Positions 63,681 to 64,000 of a stretch of DNA of 64,000 bases are shown here, one piece after another. The stretch comes from Glaucostegus cemiculus (Eukaryota). The position numbers were made by a program, and so were the translations under genes. Within the stretch, counting starts at the first letter, position 1. Every line of letters starts with the position of its first letter. The notes under the pieces were generated by a model. That model had not been told where the DNA came from. It ran no database searches and saw nothing but the letters and a program-made list of their open reading frames with translations. The DNA lies in assembly GCA_976551045.1 (NCBI GenBank), contig CDPCPM010000103.1:11594001-11658000 (forward strand). The letters are read 5' to 3'.

Positions 63681-64000
63681 AGTATTATTTTGAAGTGTCA
63701 AATAAACTCCTCCTATGATATACATTTTTACTGTGAATTATTTTTCAAGTCAATGACTCATGTAGACTAGTCTAGTGACAATTGTCAATGCAGCACAAGC
63801 TAAAATCAACAGCAAGGATATATGGCTTTGGTCTCGCTGGACCAAGTTACCAGGAAAACTGCTGTTAAAAGATACCCTGGATCACTACGAAATGTTTTAA
63901 CCAAGCAAAAAGGTGAAATATTTTATCTAAAGGGCAATAAACAAAGTGTACCAATAAAACTTGAGGGAAAAAGTCATAGACAGCCACATTCAAAACAAAC

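Overview
Eukaryotic, repeat-rich vertebrate DNA, most consistent with a cartilaginous fish (shark or ray; inferred from the CR1/V-SINE/Penelope repeat landscape). There are two host genes, both on the minus strand. The last eight coding exons of TECPR2 run from 62152 down to the stop at 33861; all GT-AG boundaries and phases are consistent, and the protein ends in the LIR motif WEII. A compact single-exon ANKRD9 CDS (24317-25219) lies in a CpG island with a CCAAT/GC/TATA promoter. The rest is nested retrotransposon debris: CR1 LINEs (one nearly full-length with an SGNH-esterase ORF1), Rex1/Babar, RTE, Penelope-like elements with hammerhead-ribozyme remnants, tRNA-derived V-SINEs, a solo LTR and MITE-like pieces. 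The most unusual items are: (1) a young ~1.05-kb non-coding bipartite retroposon (14477-15530) with a YY1-type head, two internal minisatellites and a Rex1 3' tail; (2) a hammerhead core lying sense in a TECPR2 intron; (3) an inverted Rex1 pair bracketing a frame-preserving 675-nt block of TECPR2 exons; (4) several templated local duplications and inversions. There is no evidence of a prokaryotic-type system or CRISPR. Repeat boundaries are approximate unless termini are quoted.
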